This document shows positions 17,335 to 24,614 of a DNA stretch of 64,000 nt, piece by piece. The translations under genes were made by a program, and so were the position numbers. The DNA is from a virus. The stretch spans positions 1 through 64,000 of IMG/VR virus record IMGVR_UViG_3300040801_002693; one strand, given 5' to 3'. Under the pieces are notes generated by a model. That model was not told the origin of the DNA, did no database searches, and worked only from the letters and a program-made list of their open reading frames with translations. The stretch's first letter is position 1, and the number at the start of each line of letters is the position of its first letter.

Positions 17335-17535
17335 ATGATCGGGCAAACGATACTGACTCATGAAAACCGGGCGGTGGTAATCAATGAACAGGACGGTCTG
17401 TTCTGGGCTAATCTCTACGTCAACGCCAGGAATGGTCTTGCTAACGCCGATATAACGCTTATGCGATGGGAAGGAAAAACCATGAATGGCGCTCGTCGTT
17501 GGGCTGAAAAACAATTGAAAGGGGAATCGAAATGA
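17335..17535 (+). CDS. Hypothetical protein (66 aa)
   Basis: Co-oriented early ORF. Confidence 0.45.
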   Translation: MIGQTILTHENRAVVINEQDGLFWANLYVNARNGLANADITLMRWEGKTMNGARRWAEKQLKGESK

Positions 17536-17623
17536 TCAACGAAAGTAGCTATTAATAATCAATAGCTAGTAGTCGGTTCTAACAGATAACTCCCCTGCGA
17601 ATCAGGGGAGTTCGGAGCAAATT

Positions 17624-17887
17624 ATGAAAAAAATAATGATCATCGGATGGATGGATATCGATGGTTTTACTGAAACTGGAAAATTCATCTACCGGAATGG
17701 AAATCTGGTTCCTGAGTTAATTCCCGTCAAAAAAGCAAAAGCATGTGTATGGTCGTCTAGTGAAAAACGATTCAATGAGGGTAAACGATACGCTGAAAAA
17801 AACGGGTATCAGTGGATGATACTGGACGATACGAAAGATGTTCTTAATGCAGCAAAAAGTCTTTTAGAGAGAACTGAAAATGAGTAA
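17624..17887 (+). CDS. Hypothetical protein (87 aa)
   Basis: Preceded by a 10-bp perfect hairpin (17588-17612) and a GGAG SD. Confidence 0.5.
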   Translation: MKKIMIIGWMDIDGFTETGKFIYRNGNLVPELIPVKKAKACVWSSSEKRFNEGKRYAEKNGYQWMILDDTKDVLNAAKSLLERTENE

Positions 17888-18098
17888 ACCCACATCCTAC
17901 GCTGAAATCCGCAGATTGGTTTTCAAGGCGATGGAAAACGACAAATCGTTTATGTCGGATACGGAGGATGACAAAGAGCATCCACAGGTCGCCGATATGC
18001 GCAACACGGTCAAGGGTCGGATGCAAGCCTGGGAAGCGATTTTAGACGCTGCGAAAGGCGAACCTGCCCTGCTGAGGCTACACGCGGAAGGCTTCTAA
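17880..18098 (+). CDS. Hypothetical protein (72 aa)
   Basis: Overlaps the upstream gene by 8 nt. Confidence 0.5.
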   Translation: MSKPTSYAEIRRLVFKAMENDKSFMSDTEDDKEHPQVADMRNTVKGRMQAWEAILDAAKGEPALLRLHAEGF

Positions 18099-18146
18099 CC
18101 CTCGCCCGCTTCGGCGGGCATCAACTGACCGATACTGACAGAGAAA

Positions 18147-18485
18147 ATGAACAATCTACCCAACAAAGCAGCATACGCTAAAGCATGGCGCACCTGCGCG
18201 ACCCTGGCGAAAGCGGAACCAACAAGGCAGGTGATCGGTGTAAATTGGTACCCTGAACCTGCCAGGGACGTTCTAAGGGGGTTTCGTGCCGCACTGCATT
18301 CACGCATCAATACCCGTGGTGGTCTGGTGGTTCGGGAAACGCGGCGGGCTGACAGCAAGCGGGTCTATCGGGAATTAGTGCGGCGCTATACGTCTGAATG
18401 CCGCTGGTGTGGGGCGTATATGCCCTATACACGCCATGCGCAATGCTTTTGCAGTTCTGATTGTCGCCAGGATTACTTTAGTTGA
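18147..18485 (+). CDS. Protein with C-terminal YacG/FCS-like zinc ribbon (112 aa)
   Basis: CRWCGAYMPYTRHAQCFCSSDC gives the pattern C-x2-C-x11-C-F-C-S-x2-C. Preceded by a partial copy of the CCGATACTGAC repeat at 18129-18139. Confidence 0.55.
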   Translation: MNNLPNKAAYAKAWRTCATLAKAEPTRQVIGVNWYPEPARDVLRGFRAALHSRINTRGGLVVRETRRADSKRVYRELVRRYTSECRWCGAYMPYTRHAQCFCSSDCRQDYFS

Positions 18486-18492
18486 GGATTCT

Positions 18493-18726
18493 ATGAAAAA
18501 GACCGCTACTGACCTCATAAAAAAGTACCTGAAAAGCGCACCTACCAAGGTGACCCCGAATCCTGATCTTTACGGATTCATTATCGACGAACGCTTTTTA
18601 TGCGCTTACTGCGCCTCGCGCATCATGAAGTATGGGCGCTGGCAATGGGTAGGATCGAAAATCATCTTTGCTGATGATCACGAAAAACCGATAATTCCAT
18701 GTGTGGGGTGTGTTGAGAAATTATGA
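18493..18726 (+). CDS. Small zinc-ribbon protein, paralogue B (77 aa)
   Basis: ATG at 18493 with a GAGGA SD. NPDLYGFIIDE...CAYCASRIM...CVGCVE. Confidence 0.6.
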   Translation: MKKTATDLIKKYLKSAPTKVTPNPDLYGFIIDERFLCAYCASRIMKYGRWQWVGSKIIFADDHEKPIIPCVGCVEKL

Positions 18727-19022
18727 ATATCGTCGCGCAAACCATCCTTGAACAATTAGGGAGCCATCGTTTTATAGCGATGACAGGGGCCAAAGACTTT
18801 GTTGGAGGTTATAACTGCCTGCATTTTAAACTACCCAGTAATTTTGCTAAGCACAAAATTACTGTAGTAAAAATTACACTGACCGACGCCGATCTGTATG
18901 ATGTCGAATTCGGTAAAATCAGGAGAGGCTGTTATCAGCCTGTTGAAAGCCATGAGGGTTTGTTTTTTGATCAACTTCAAGAGGTTTTCACGTCTGTCAC
19001 CGGATTGGATACGCATCTATGA
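18723..19022 (+). CDS. Hypothetical protein (99 aa)
   Basis: ATGA overlap with the upstream gene. The MTGAKDF...LHFKL motif is recalled from a conserved phage protein family of unknown function. Confidence 0.5.
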   Translation: MNIVAQTILEQLGSHRFIAMTGAKDFVGGYNCLHFKLPSNFAKHKITVVKITLTDADLYDVEFGKIRRGCYQPVESHEGLFFDQLQEVFTSVTGLDTHL

Positions 19023-19417
19023 CCATTAACGACCTGCTGGCCCTGATCCCTGAATCGCCCGATAAAAGCGATGAAGCTTTGGCCGCTATCGAGTCGATTA
19101 CGACCTATCCGGCTGAAAACCGGATGCGGATACATGTTGACCTTGCTCATGAGTTTCGGCTGTTCGTGACCGTAGCTGATGAAATCACGATAGCGGCCCC
19201 TTCCTGGAAGTTGTTTACCTGTGACAAGGTTAGCTTTCTCCAAGCCTTGCGCTACGTGATTCATGAGGTTGACGAGGCGATCAGCGAAGGCTTTTATGAT
19301 CCGCCGAAACCGTCTCCCTTTGATTGCTTCGTGTTTCCGAGTGCCTCTCCCCCGCTGAATATGGACTTGCCGGTATGGGATGAGAAGCGCAAAGAATGGT
19401 ACGACGCTGAATACTAA
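19019..19417 (+). CDS. Hypothetical protein (132 aa)
   Basis: ATGA overlap with the upstream gene. Confidence 0.5.
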   Translation: MTINDLLALIPESPDKSDEALAAIESITTYPAENRMRIHVDLAHEFRLFVTVADEITIAAPSWKLFTCDKVSFLQALRYVIHEVDEAISEGFYDPPKPSPFDCFVFPSASPPLNMDLPVWDEKRKEWYDAEY

Positions 19418-19490
19418 AAACCTTTGAAAATTTCCCCTTCGCTATCGTTGTAGTAAGCAAGGGGAATAAACCCCACAAGAGGAAACTATT

Positions 19491-19775
19491 ATGATAGCAG
19501 GTGGCGCAAACCATATTGGCGACAATCCGAACGGGCAACGTCCTACGGGCTACACACGCGGTGAACTCCCGCGAGGCCGGGTTATTGCTGATCGTTCCAA
19601 GTGGGTAGGGAACGAAAATCACGGCTGGACAGGCCGGATTTACCTTATTGAGTGTTCGGATGGTTTGTGGTTGTCGTACCCGCAACCGACGCACCAAAAG
19701 GATTGGGCTAGTTACCTGCTTGACGACTCAGAGCCGGATTGGGTAAAAAAGCAATACCAGCTTTTAACAAGTTGA
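19491..19775 (+). CDS. Hypothetical protein (94 aa)
   Basis: Last ORF of the rightward early block, with an AGAGGAAA SD. Confidence 0.5.
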   Translation: MIAGGANHIGDNPNGQRPTGYTRGELPRGRVIADRSKWVGNENHGWTGRIYLIECSDGLWLSYPQPTHQKDWASYLLDDSEPDWVKKQYQLLTS

Positions 19776-19783
19776 TTGTGTTG

Positions 19784-19801
19784 CCGGTAATTTTTTACCG
19801 G
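19784..19801. terminator. Hairpin CCGGTAA-tttt-TTACCGG at a convergent junction
   Basis: Perfect 7-bp stem between the converging 19775 (+) and 19818 (-) gene ends. The flanking U-tract is weak. Confidence 0.4.
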
Positions 19802-19817
19802 ATTCTGATCGCATCAA

Positions 19818-20201
19818 TCAATCCAGCCTCGCCGCCACAAACCCATAAAACTCATCCTCGGCCCGCTTCCGGCGGGCATTCAATCCAGCCAGGGTCAGTC
19901 CAAGGCCATCGGCAACCTCGTTAAGACGCTTCCCGCGAGTTCTCAGATAAACCGCTTCAATGACCATCGCTGACCGCCCATTGCGCGCCCGTAGTTCCTG
20001 CATCGCAATACTGGCGACTCGCGCCATATTTGACGGTTCTACATCAATCGGGATCGTTGATTGAAACCCGGTATGTCCTGGCCCGACTTGATCGCCCCAA
20101 CGATCGGATGGGGAGCGATGCGAGTAACCACTGGCCGAAACTAACCAATGACTCCAAGCATAGAGTAGGGCTTTACAATGCTCGCGCTGAAGCATGTTCA
20201 A
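19818..20201 (-). CDS. Possible late-gene regulator, antiterminator Q-like (127 aa)
   Basis: N-terminal ALLYAWSHWL...SGY. C-terminal HTH-like segment AVYLRTRGKRLNEVADGLGLTLAGLNARRKRAEDEF. The layout is recalled from 82/21-type Q proteins (LERWGAW...YYV...LA...AEG); unverified. Confidence 0.35.
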   Translation of the reverse strand: MNMLQREHCKALLYAWSHWLVSASGYSHRSPSDRWGDQVGPGHTGFQSTIPIDVEPSNMARVASIAMQELRARNGRSAMVIEAVYLRTRGKRLNEVADGLGLTLAGLNARRKRAEDEFYGFVAARLD

Positions 20202-20511
20202 GCTTTTTGTCCTCTTTTCTTAGTTGCTCGCGAAGTTCATTGCGCCGCGCCATCAAAGAGAGTCGCGCCTTGTTCGTATCCAGTTCAAGTTGATCGCATA
20301 TCCATACAAAACTGCCAACGCTGAACTCATCACTCTCAAACCAGCGGCGGGCCTGTCGGTAGTAGTACTGCTTTTTAGGTTCATCGATCAGACAGACATA
20401 ATCAGCCAATGCTTGCCGCAACACGCCTGCCCACATCCCGCGTTCACGGGTGTAAGACGTGTGCGGCGCGATATCTGCCCACAGTTCAACGGATTTACGT
20501 TGTCTGCCCAT
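20173..20511 (-). CDS. Hypothetical protein (112 aa)
   Basis: Co-oriented, with a 1-nt overlap with the dut stop. Confidence 0.5.
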   Translation of the reverse strand: MGRQRKSVELWADIAPHTSYTRERGMWAGVLRQALADYVCLIDEPKKQYYYRQARRWFESDEFSVGSFVWICDQLELDTNKARLSLMARRNELREQLRKEDKKLEHASARAL

Positions 20512-20957
20512 CAGGCTCCGGTTGAACCGAATCCTCCGGTGCCGCGCTCAGTAGAATCCAGAGCATCAACCACTTCCAGGTCGCCGAGAAAGCAGGGAAG
20601 GATAACCAACTGCGCAATCCGATCCCCGTCTTTGACAGTGACCGGCTCTGACCCAGCATTCAAGAAAATGACACCTACAGTGTCTCGATAAGCTGCGTCA
20701 ATCGTTCCAGGCGCGTTGCCGATCCTGACTCGCTGTTTCAGTGCCATTCCGCTCCGAGGGGTGACGAATCCGACCCAGCCAAAGGGGATGGCGATCTGGA
20801 GGCCGGTACTGATCAACACCTGTTGGCCTGAAGGGATGTCGATAAAACCGACCGTGGGAAGGTGCGCCTTTAAATCCAGCCCCGCATCGCCGGGTCTGGC
20901 GCGTGTCGGGAGGTATTTGGGATCAGCAACGACGGCTTCGATGGAAAGTGGGATCAT
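20511..20957 (-). CDS. dut: dUTP pyrophosphatase (trimeric dUTPase), 148 aa
   Basis: All canonical motifs are present: AGLDL, TPRSG, GTIDAAYRG-like GTIDAAYRD, DRIAQLV, and C-terminal RGTGGFGSTG. Confidence 0.9.
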   Translation of the reverse strand: MIPLSIEAVVADPKYLPTRARPGDAGLDLKAHLPTVGFIDIPSGQQVLISTGLQIAIPFGWVGFVTPRSGMALKQRVRIGNAPGTIDAAYRDTVGVIFLNAGSEPVTVKDGDRIAQLVILPCFLGDLEVVDALDSTERGTGGFGSTGA

Positions 20958-20961
20958 ATAG

Positions 20962-21780
20962 CTATACCAAAAGTTTGGGTTTCAGTTCGGTGATCGGCGC
21001 GGGAATGTCTCTGTCCATTGAAAAATCACTGGCCCGGAATACGGCGGGTTCTTCGGAGTAATAAGTCAGATTCGGTGCATCAATATCGGGGATTTCGCAA
21101 CCCTGAATTGCTTTAGCGACCGCCAGGTGTGTGGGATGGGTGTACAAATGCAGGTCGCCGAACATCCAATGCAATGCGCCCGCTTCGTATCCGGTGTTGA
21201 AACTCAGCCACAAAAGCAACGCCCAGTACTGAATCCAATTATGGGGTGTTCCCAAAAGCACATCCGCACTGCGCTGATAGACCGTCATCGACAGGCGACT
21301 CTGGCGAACAAAGCACTGAATAATCGTTCCGTGGCAGGTCGTTGGTGTATGCGGATTATCATTTAATTCAGTAATATGCGCCATTTCCCAAGGATGCCAG
21401 GTCGTTGCGATCAAGCGACGACTGTTGGGGTGAGTGCGTATCCCCTCCAGTAAATGATGAATCTGATCCCAGTACACGTTAGCCCCATACCGGCGCAACT
21501 GGTCGCCATATCCGCCGAGGTATCGGTAATGCCGATCCAATTGTCCGTCCCACCAATCCCGTAATTCCTCGGGGCAAACCGGGCTGTCCGAAAGAAACCA
21601 CTCCATTTCTCGAATCGCTTTTTTCCAGGCCGTTCGGCGCAACGTCACTAGCGGGGTGCGGTGAAATTCGATTTTCGGGTAATTGATGATCGACAGGGTA
21701 TCGTGGTTGCGGGAATGCACCTCGTCGCCTTCCATCAGCAACGCGGACAGCATGTCTTTGTAAACCAAATTCGTTATCAA
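20962..21780 (-). CDS. Thymidylate synthase (ThyA) family enzyme, divergent (272 aa)
   Basis: Catalytic Cys in TTCHG, plus YQRSADVLLGTPHN (Arg/Ser/Asp/Asn of ThyA), NSRR, YGDQLR and GDLHLY. The flanking sequence is more divergent than cellular ThyA. Confidence 0.8.
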   Translation of the reverse strand: MITNLVYKDMLSALLMEGDEVHSRNHDTLSIINYPKIEFHRTPLVTLRRTAWKKAIREMEWFLSDSPVCPEELRDWWDGQLDRHYRYLGGYGDQLRRYGANVYWDQIHHLLEGIRTHPNSRRLIATTWHPWEMAHITELNDNPHTPTTCHGTIIQCFVRQSRLSMTVYQRSADVLLGTPHNWIQYWALLLWLSFNTGYEAGALHWMFGDLHLYTHPTHLAVAKAIQGCEIPDIDAPNLTYYSEEPAVFRASDFSMDRDIPAPITELKPKLLV

Positions 21781-22175
21781 AACGCTTCACTCCTCCAGCC
21801 GCCGCCCTCCCGCTTCGGGATCGCATAAATCGCGGTAAATCGAAACGGGAATTGATTGGCGGCAATACGGATTTTGGGTTTGGCATCCCCGATCCAGCGG
21901 GACTTTACTTCGCGGCACTCCAATTCCCCGTTCTGATGCATCAGAAAAAAGTCGGGGGTGTAGCGCACGTCGGGGGCCAACTTGAGAGTAATACCTTCAA
22001 ACACATACCAGAGAATGTCCCCGGCCTGCTTTTGCGCCTCCAACTCCAGCGCATACGCAGCCTCGGTTTTATTCATCTCCCCGGCTTTTAATCGCCCGAG
22101 CGCGTAGAGTTTATTTTTCACTCCACCCATCCATCGTGTACTCATATTCGTACAGTTCACGTAAAAGATGCTCAA
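21777..22175 (-). CDS. DUF1064-like PD-(D/E)XK nuclease-fold protein
   Basis: KTEAAYALELE...AGDILWY...YTPDFFL...GELECREVKS matches the recalled DUF1064 pattern (K-E-Y...G-I...YTPDF...EVKG). True start uncertain (TTG at 22175, ATG at 22145 or 22130). Confidence 0.5.
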   Translation of the reverse strand: MSIFYVNCTNMSTRWMGGVKNKLYALGRLKAGEMNKTEAAYALELEAQKQAGDILWYVFEGITLKLAPDVRYTPDFFLMHQNGELECREVKSRWIGDAKPKIRIAANQFPFRFTAIYAIPKREGGGWRSEAF

Positions 22176-22335
22176 CGATCACCAGCAGCCGAGCGACAGC
22201 ATCCAGCCCTGGCGTGTCCGGCGTTTGCTGGTCAACCCAGGATTGAATATCGCGTAACTCGTGCCGAATCGCGGTATGTAGAACCTGCTTATCGTCAAGC
22301 ATCATCGACTGGCTCCTGGCGCGTAACCTCATCAA
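22111..22335 (-). CDS. Hypothetical protein (74 aa)
   Basis: Co-oriented ORF; overlaps neighbours. Confidence 0.45.
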   Translation of the reverse strand: MMRLRARSQSMMLDDKQVLHTAIRHELRDIQSWVDQQTPDTPGLDAVARLLVIVEHLLRELYEYEYTMDGWSEK

Positions 22336-22561
22336 TCAGGAAATCAATGATAGAGCGGGCTTTTTGCAGGTCTTCGATCCCGTTCTTGTTTTTCCAGCGC
22401 GTGACGTACTTCACGATCTCACCCTCGGCCCACGGCAGTTCATTTTTGACAATAAACTCCCAGGGCTGGATGGGCATCTCGTAATGACTTCCGCCGACTT
22501 GTTTGATGATTTTTCCAGTCCGATGAACGGTATTCGCGTTGATTGATGGATTTTCAGTCAT
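22295..22561 (-). CDS. DUF3310 family protein (88 aa)
   Basis: GGSHYEMPIQPWEFI...GEIVKYVTRWKNKNGIEDLQKA matches the recalled DUF3310 signature. Confidence 0.65.
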   Translation of the reverse strand: MTENPSINANTVHRTGKIIKQVGGSHYEMPIQPWEFIVKNELPWAEGEIVKYVTRWKNKNGIEDLQKARSIIDFLIDEVTRQEPVDDA

Positions 22562-22635
22562 ACAAGAATGTCCGTAATCTATAGCTAGGAAGAACCAAGA
22601 CGTATGTTTTTGACTTATTAAACATATTAAATAAC

Positions 22636-23097
22636 CTAATGGGTTGCTTGAATCGCTTGGCGCTCGGCTTTATGGTGCGCAACGTGACAGGGAACACATA
22701 GCCAGCGCACGTCTAGCGGGCGGGAATAGTCGTCATGATGAGCTTGCGCCGGGGATGCGCCGCAGGATTCGCAGGGTTTTTTAGTGATCAATCCATCGCG
22801 AATAGCGTTACCTGTTAGGGTATGCGCCCGTCGTTTTAATGGGTTGCGGGATCGGTAGGCGCGTTTAGCGCGGTTTAGCGCAATATGTCCGCGTTCGGTT
22901 TCAGCATAGGCTTTTCTTGCTTCAACGCGATGTGGGAGATTGGCGCGTTGCCGGTCAAATTCGTGGTAGTGATCGGCGTTAGCGGCGCGGGTTTCCTTGA
23001 CGCGCTTCTTTGTGCATTCCTTGCACTCGTAACATTGTCGAGGGTAGAAATCAGACGTGGGCTTGGATAAACCGCATTTTTTGCAGGTGCGAGTCAT
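22636..23097 (-). CDS. HNH endonuclease, free-standing (153 aa)
   Basis: Start trimmed to the ATG at 23097 (AGGAA SD). N-terminal CKKCG...CYECKEC. C-terminal CESCG...AHHDDYSRPLDVRWLCVPCHVAHH. Confidence 0.7.
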   Translation of the reverse strand: MTRTCKKCGLSKPTSDFYPRQCYECKECTKKRVKETRAANADHYHEFDRQRANLPHRVEARKAYAETERGHIALNRAKRAYRSRNPLKRRAHTLTGNAIRDGLITKKPCESCGASPAQAHHDDYSRPLDVRWLCVPCHVAHHKAERQAIQATH

Positions 23098-23357
23098 AAC
23101 GAGGTTCCTGTTGAATACCGGAACCGCCACTACTGGTGCTAAGCAGAAGGCGGCGGACTGTGAAGAGTTAGCACTACCGGCAACAGGAACCGGCCCACCT
23201 TTCGATGGCCCTACACAGCCCGCCATTGAGATACGGACATAAAAAATGCGCCGTTTCGCAAATTGGACGCTATGCGCCTGTTGATTCGGGGTGCTAATCC
23301 CGACTCCCGATTTTGCGAGAGTGGGATAATTATAGCGCAACATCATTGATGTAATAA

Positions 23358-23663
23358 CTAAAAAGGAATTTCTTTGTCGAACCCGCCGTCATCCGCTGGA
23401 GGCGGTGCTTTGGGGGCATTTGCGGCTCCCTGCTCACCTCGCGGTTTCGGGTCAAACATGCTGACCGCAACGGTGCCTGACCCTTCCTTGCCTGCCGGGA
23501 TCGGTACGCCTGCTGGGCTAAAGTCCCGATTCAAGAGGATCATTTTGCCGTTATCGTCCATCTGCAATACGCAGCCGACGTTCCTCCATTCCGCTTTGGT
23601 TTGCCCATTGCGATCCGTATAGGAACCCATCTTGACGCACAAATCTTTGATCTTTTTTGGCAT
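23358..23663 (-). CDS. Small SSB-like protein with C-terminal acidic IPF tip (101 aa)
   Basis: Ends ...PADDGGFDKEIPF, resembling the D-D-D-I-P-F tip of bacterial SSB. The N-terminal ~70 aa are beta-rich, followed by a Gly/Pro/Ala linker. Confidence 0.45.
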   Translation of the reverse strand: MPKKIKDLCVKMGSYTDRNGQTKAEWRNVGCVLQMDDNGKMILLNRDFSPAGVPIPAGKEGSGTVAVSMFDPKPRGEQGAANAPKAPPPADDGGFDKEIPF

Positions 23664-23682
23664 TTCTTGTCCTCAAAACCCT

Positions 23683-23710
23683 ATCATACCATTCTGGATG
23701 GTAAATGCAA
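23683..23710 (-). promoter_or_regulatory. Leftward operator-promoter TTGCAT-2-TACCATccagaATGG-TATGAT
   Basis: On the minus strand, -35 is at 23705-23710, the operator at 23687-23703, and the extended -10 TGgTATGAT ends at 23683. Sits 20 nt upstream of the SSB-like start. Confidence 0.6.
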
Positions 23711-23715
23711 GTACA

Positions 23716-23928
23716 CTAAGCCGCGCTGTGTGTCAACCAATCTGGATTTAAGTGGCCGAAATCTCGCGGTTCGGTACAGGGTTTCTTTTGATGGCAGACC
23801 CCGCATAGATCAATATGCCAGGTGGCATGGTGATTCAAGAACCGTCGTCTCCCGTACCGCTCCCCGCACTGATAACACACCCAGGCCGGATAGGGCGGGG
23901 GTGATTGATCTACGGCTTGAGGGCGCAT
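23716..23928 (-). CDS. Small Cys/His-rich protein (70 aa)
   Basis: CYQCG...HHATWH...CGVCH. Confidence 0.5.
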   Translation of the reverse strand: MRPQAVDQSPPPYPAWVCYQCGERYGRRRFLNHHATWHIDLCGVCHQKKPCTEPRDFGHLNPDWLTHSAA

Positions 23929-24083
23929 GGCAGGGCCGGTATTTCGTGCGGATTGACCGTATAGCGCAACGCTTCTTCCATTCGGCGCATGGATTCCGGT
24001 TGCTGCGTGTGTTCAATCGGATGGTGCTGCCGGGAGACCCAGGCCAGGGTGCCGATCATGTCGTAGGAAAGCAGGTTAATCAT
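23910..24083 (-). CDS. Hypothetical small protein (57 aa)
   Basis: Below the ORF-track cutoff. ATG at 24083 overlaps the upstream stop (GATGATTAA), and its end overlaps the next start. Confidence 0.35.
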   Translation of the reverse strand: MINLLSYDMIGTLAWVSRQHHPIEHTQQPESMRRMEEALRYTVNPHEIPALPCALKP

Positions 24084-24243
24084 CGATTACTTCTCCGGTT
24101 GGGAAATCCAGGGTACGTTCCTGCACCAGCAGGTAGCCCTGGTGGCGCAACTCGTCTTTGAGATTGTCAAGGTGATCCTCGTCTTCGGCATCTTCAAAAA
24201 GGCATTCGCCGGTGACGGGATCGGCATAGGTGAGTTCGATCAC
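24076..24243 (-). CDS. Hypothetical small acidic protein (55 aa)
   Basis: GTG at 24243 overlaps the upstream TGA as GTGA. Confidence 0.3.
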   Translation of the reverse strand: MIELTYADPVTGECLFEDAEDEDHLDNLKDELRHQGYLLVQERTLDFPTGEVIDD

Positions 24244-24614
24244 GCGCTCGCTCGATCCTGTAGCCGCTTTATGCGGTTACCGGCGCTCCAGTACTGCATC
24301 CAATCCAAATCTTCCTGACTCACGCTCAGATGCTCCGGCGCATTCGATGCATCCTTTTTTGGTGGAGGGGTTTCCCGCAAAGAATCGACAGAAACCCAGC
24401 CTCGGTTTTGGAGATAATAGATATCGCCGCCTCCGCGCAACGTCTGTAGCGCCTTCTTGATTTTCATTTTCTTTTCTTTAAATTCACTAAACAATTCACT
24501 CAGCAGCATCGGTCGATCGCACTGCTTTATGTAATTCAAAACCACATCAGCAAACGGGAGTTTTAAATCCGATCCCGATTCGGATTGTTCGGTTTTTTCC
24601 ATTGCCTCATCCAC
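24240..24614 (-). CDS. wHTH-like protein with C-terminal QEDLDWMQYW motif (124 aa)
   Basis: Shares its C-terminal motif with the upstream 165-aa protein. Confidence 0.5.
   Translation of the reverse strand: MDEAMEKTEQSESGSDLKLPFADVVLNYIKQCDRPMLLSELFSEFKEKKMKIKKALQTLRGGGDIYYLQNRGWVSVDSLRETPPPKKDASNAPEHLSVSQEDLDWMQYWSAGNRIKRLQDRASA

Noticed and set aside
22636-23346. Full 236-aa ORF for the HNH gene, and a group I/II intron hosting it
   Set aside because: The N-terminal 83 codons are low-complexity and overlap a structured non-coding region, and a good SD and ATG occur at 23097. No split exon sequences or intron core motifs that I could recognise flank the gene.
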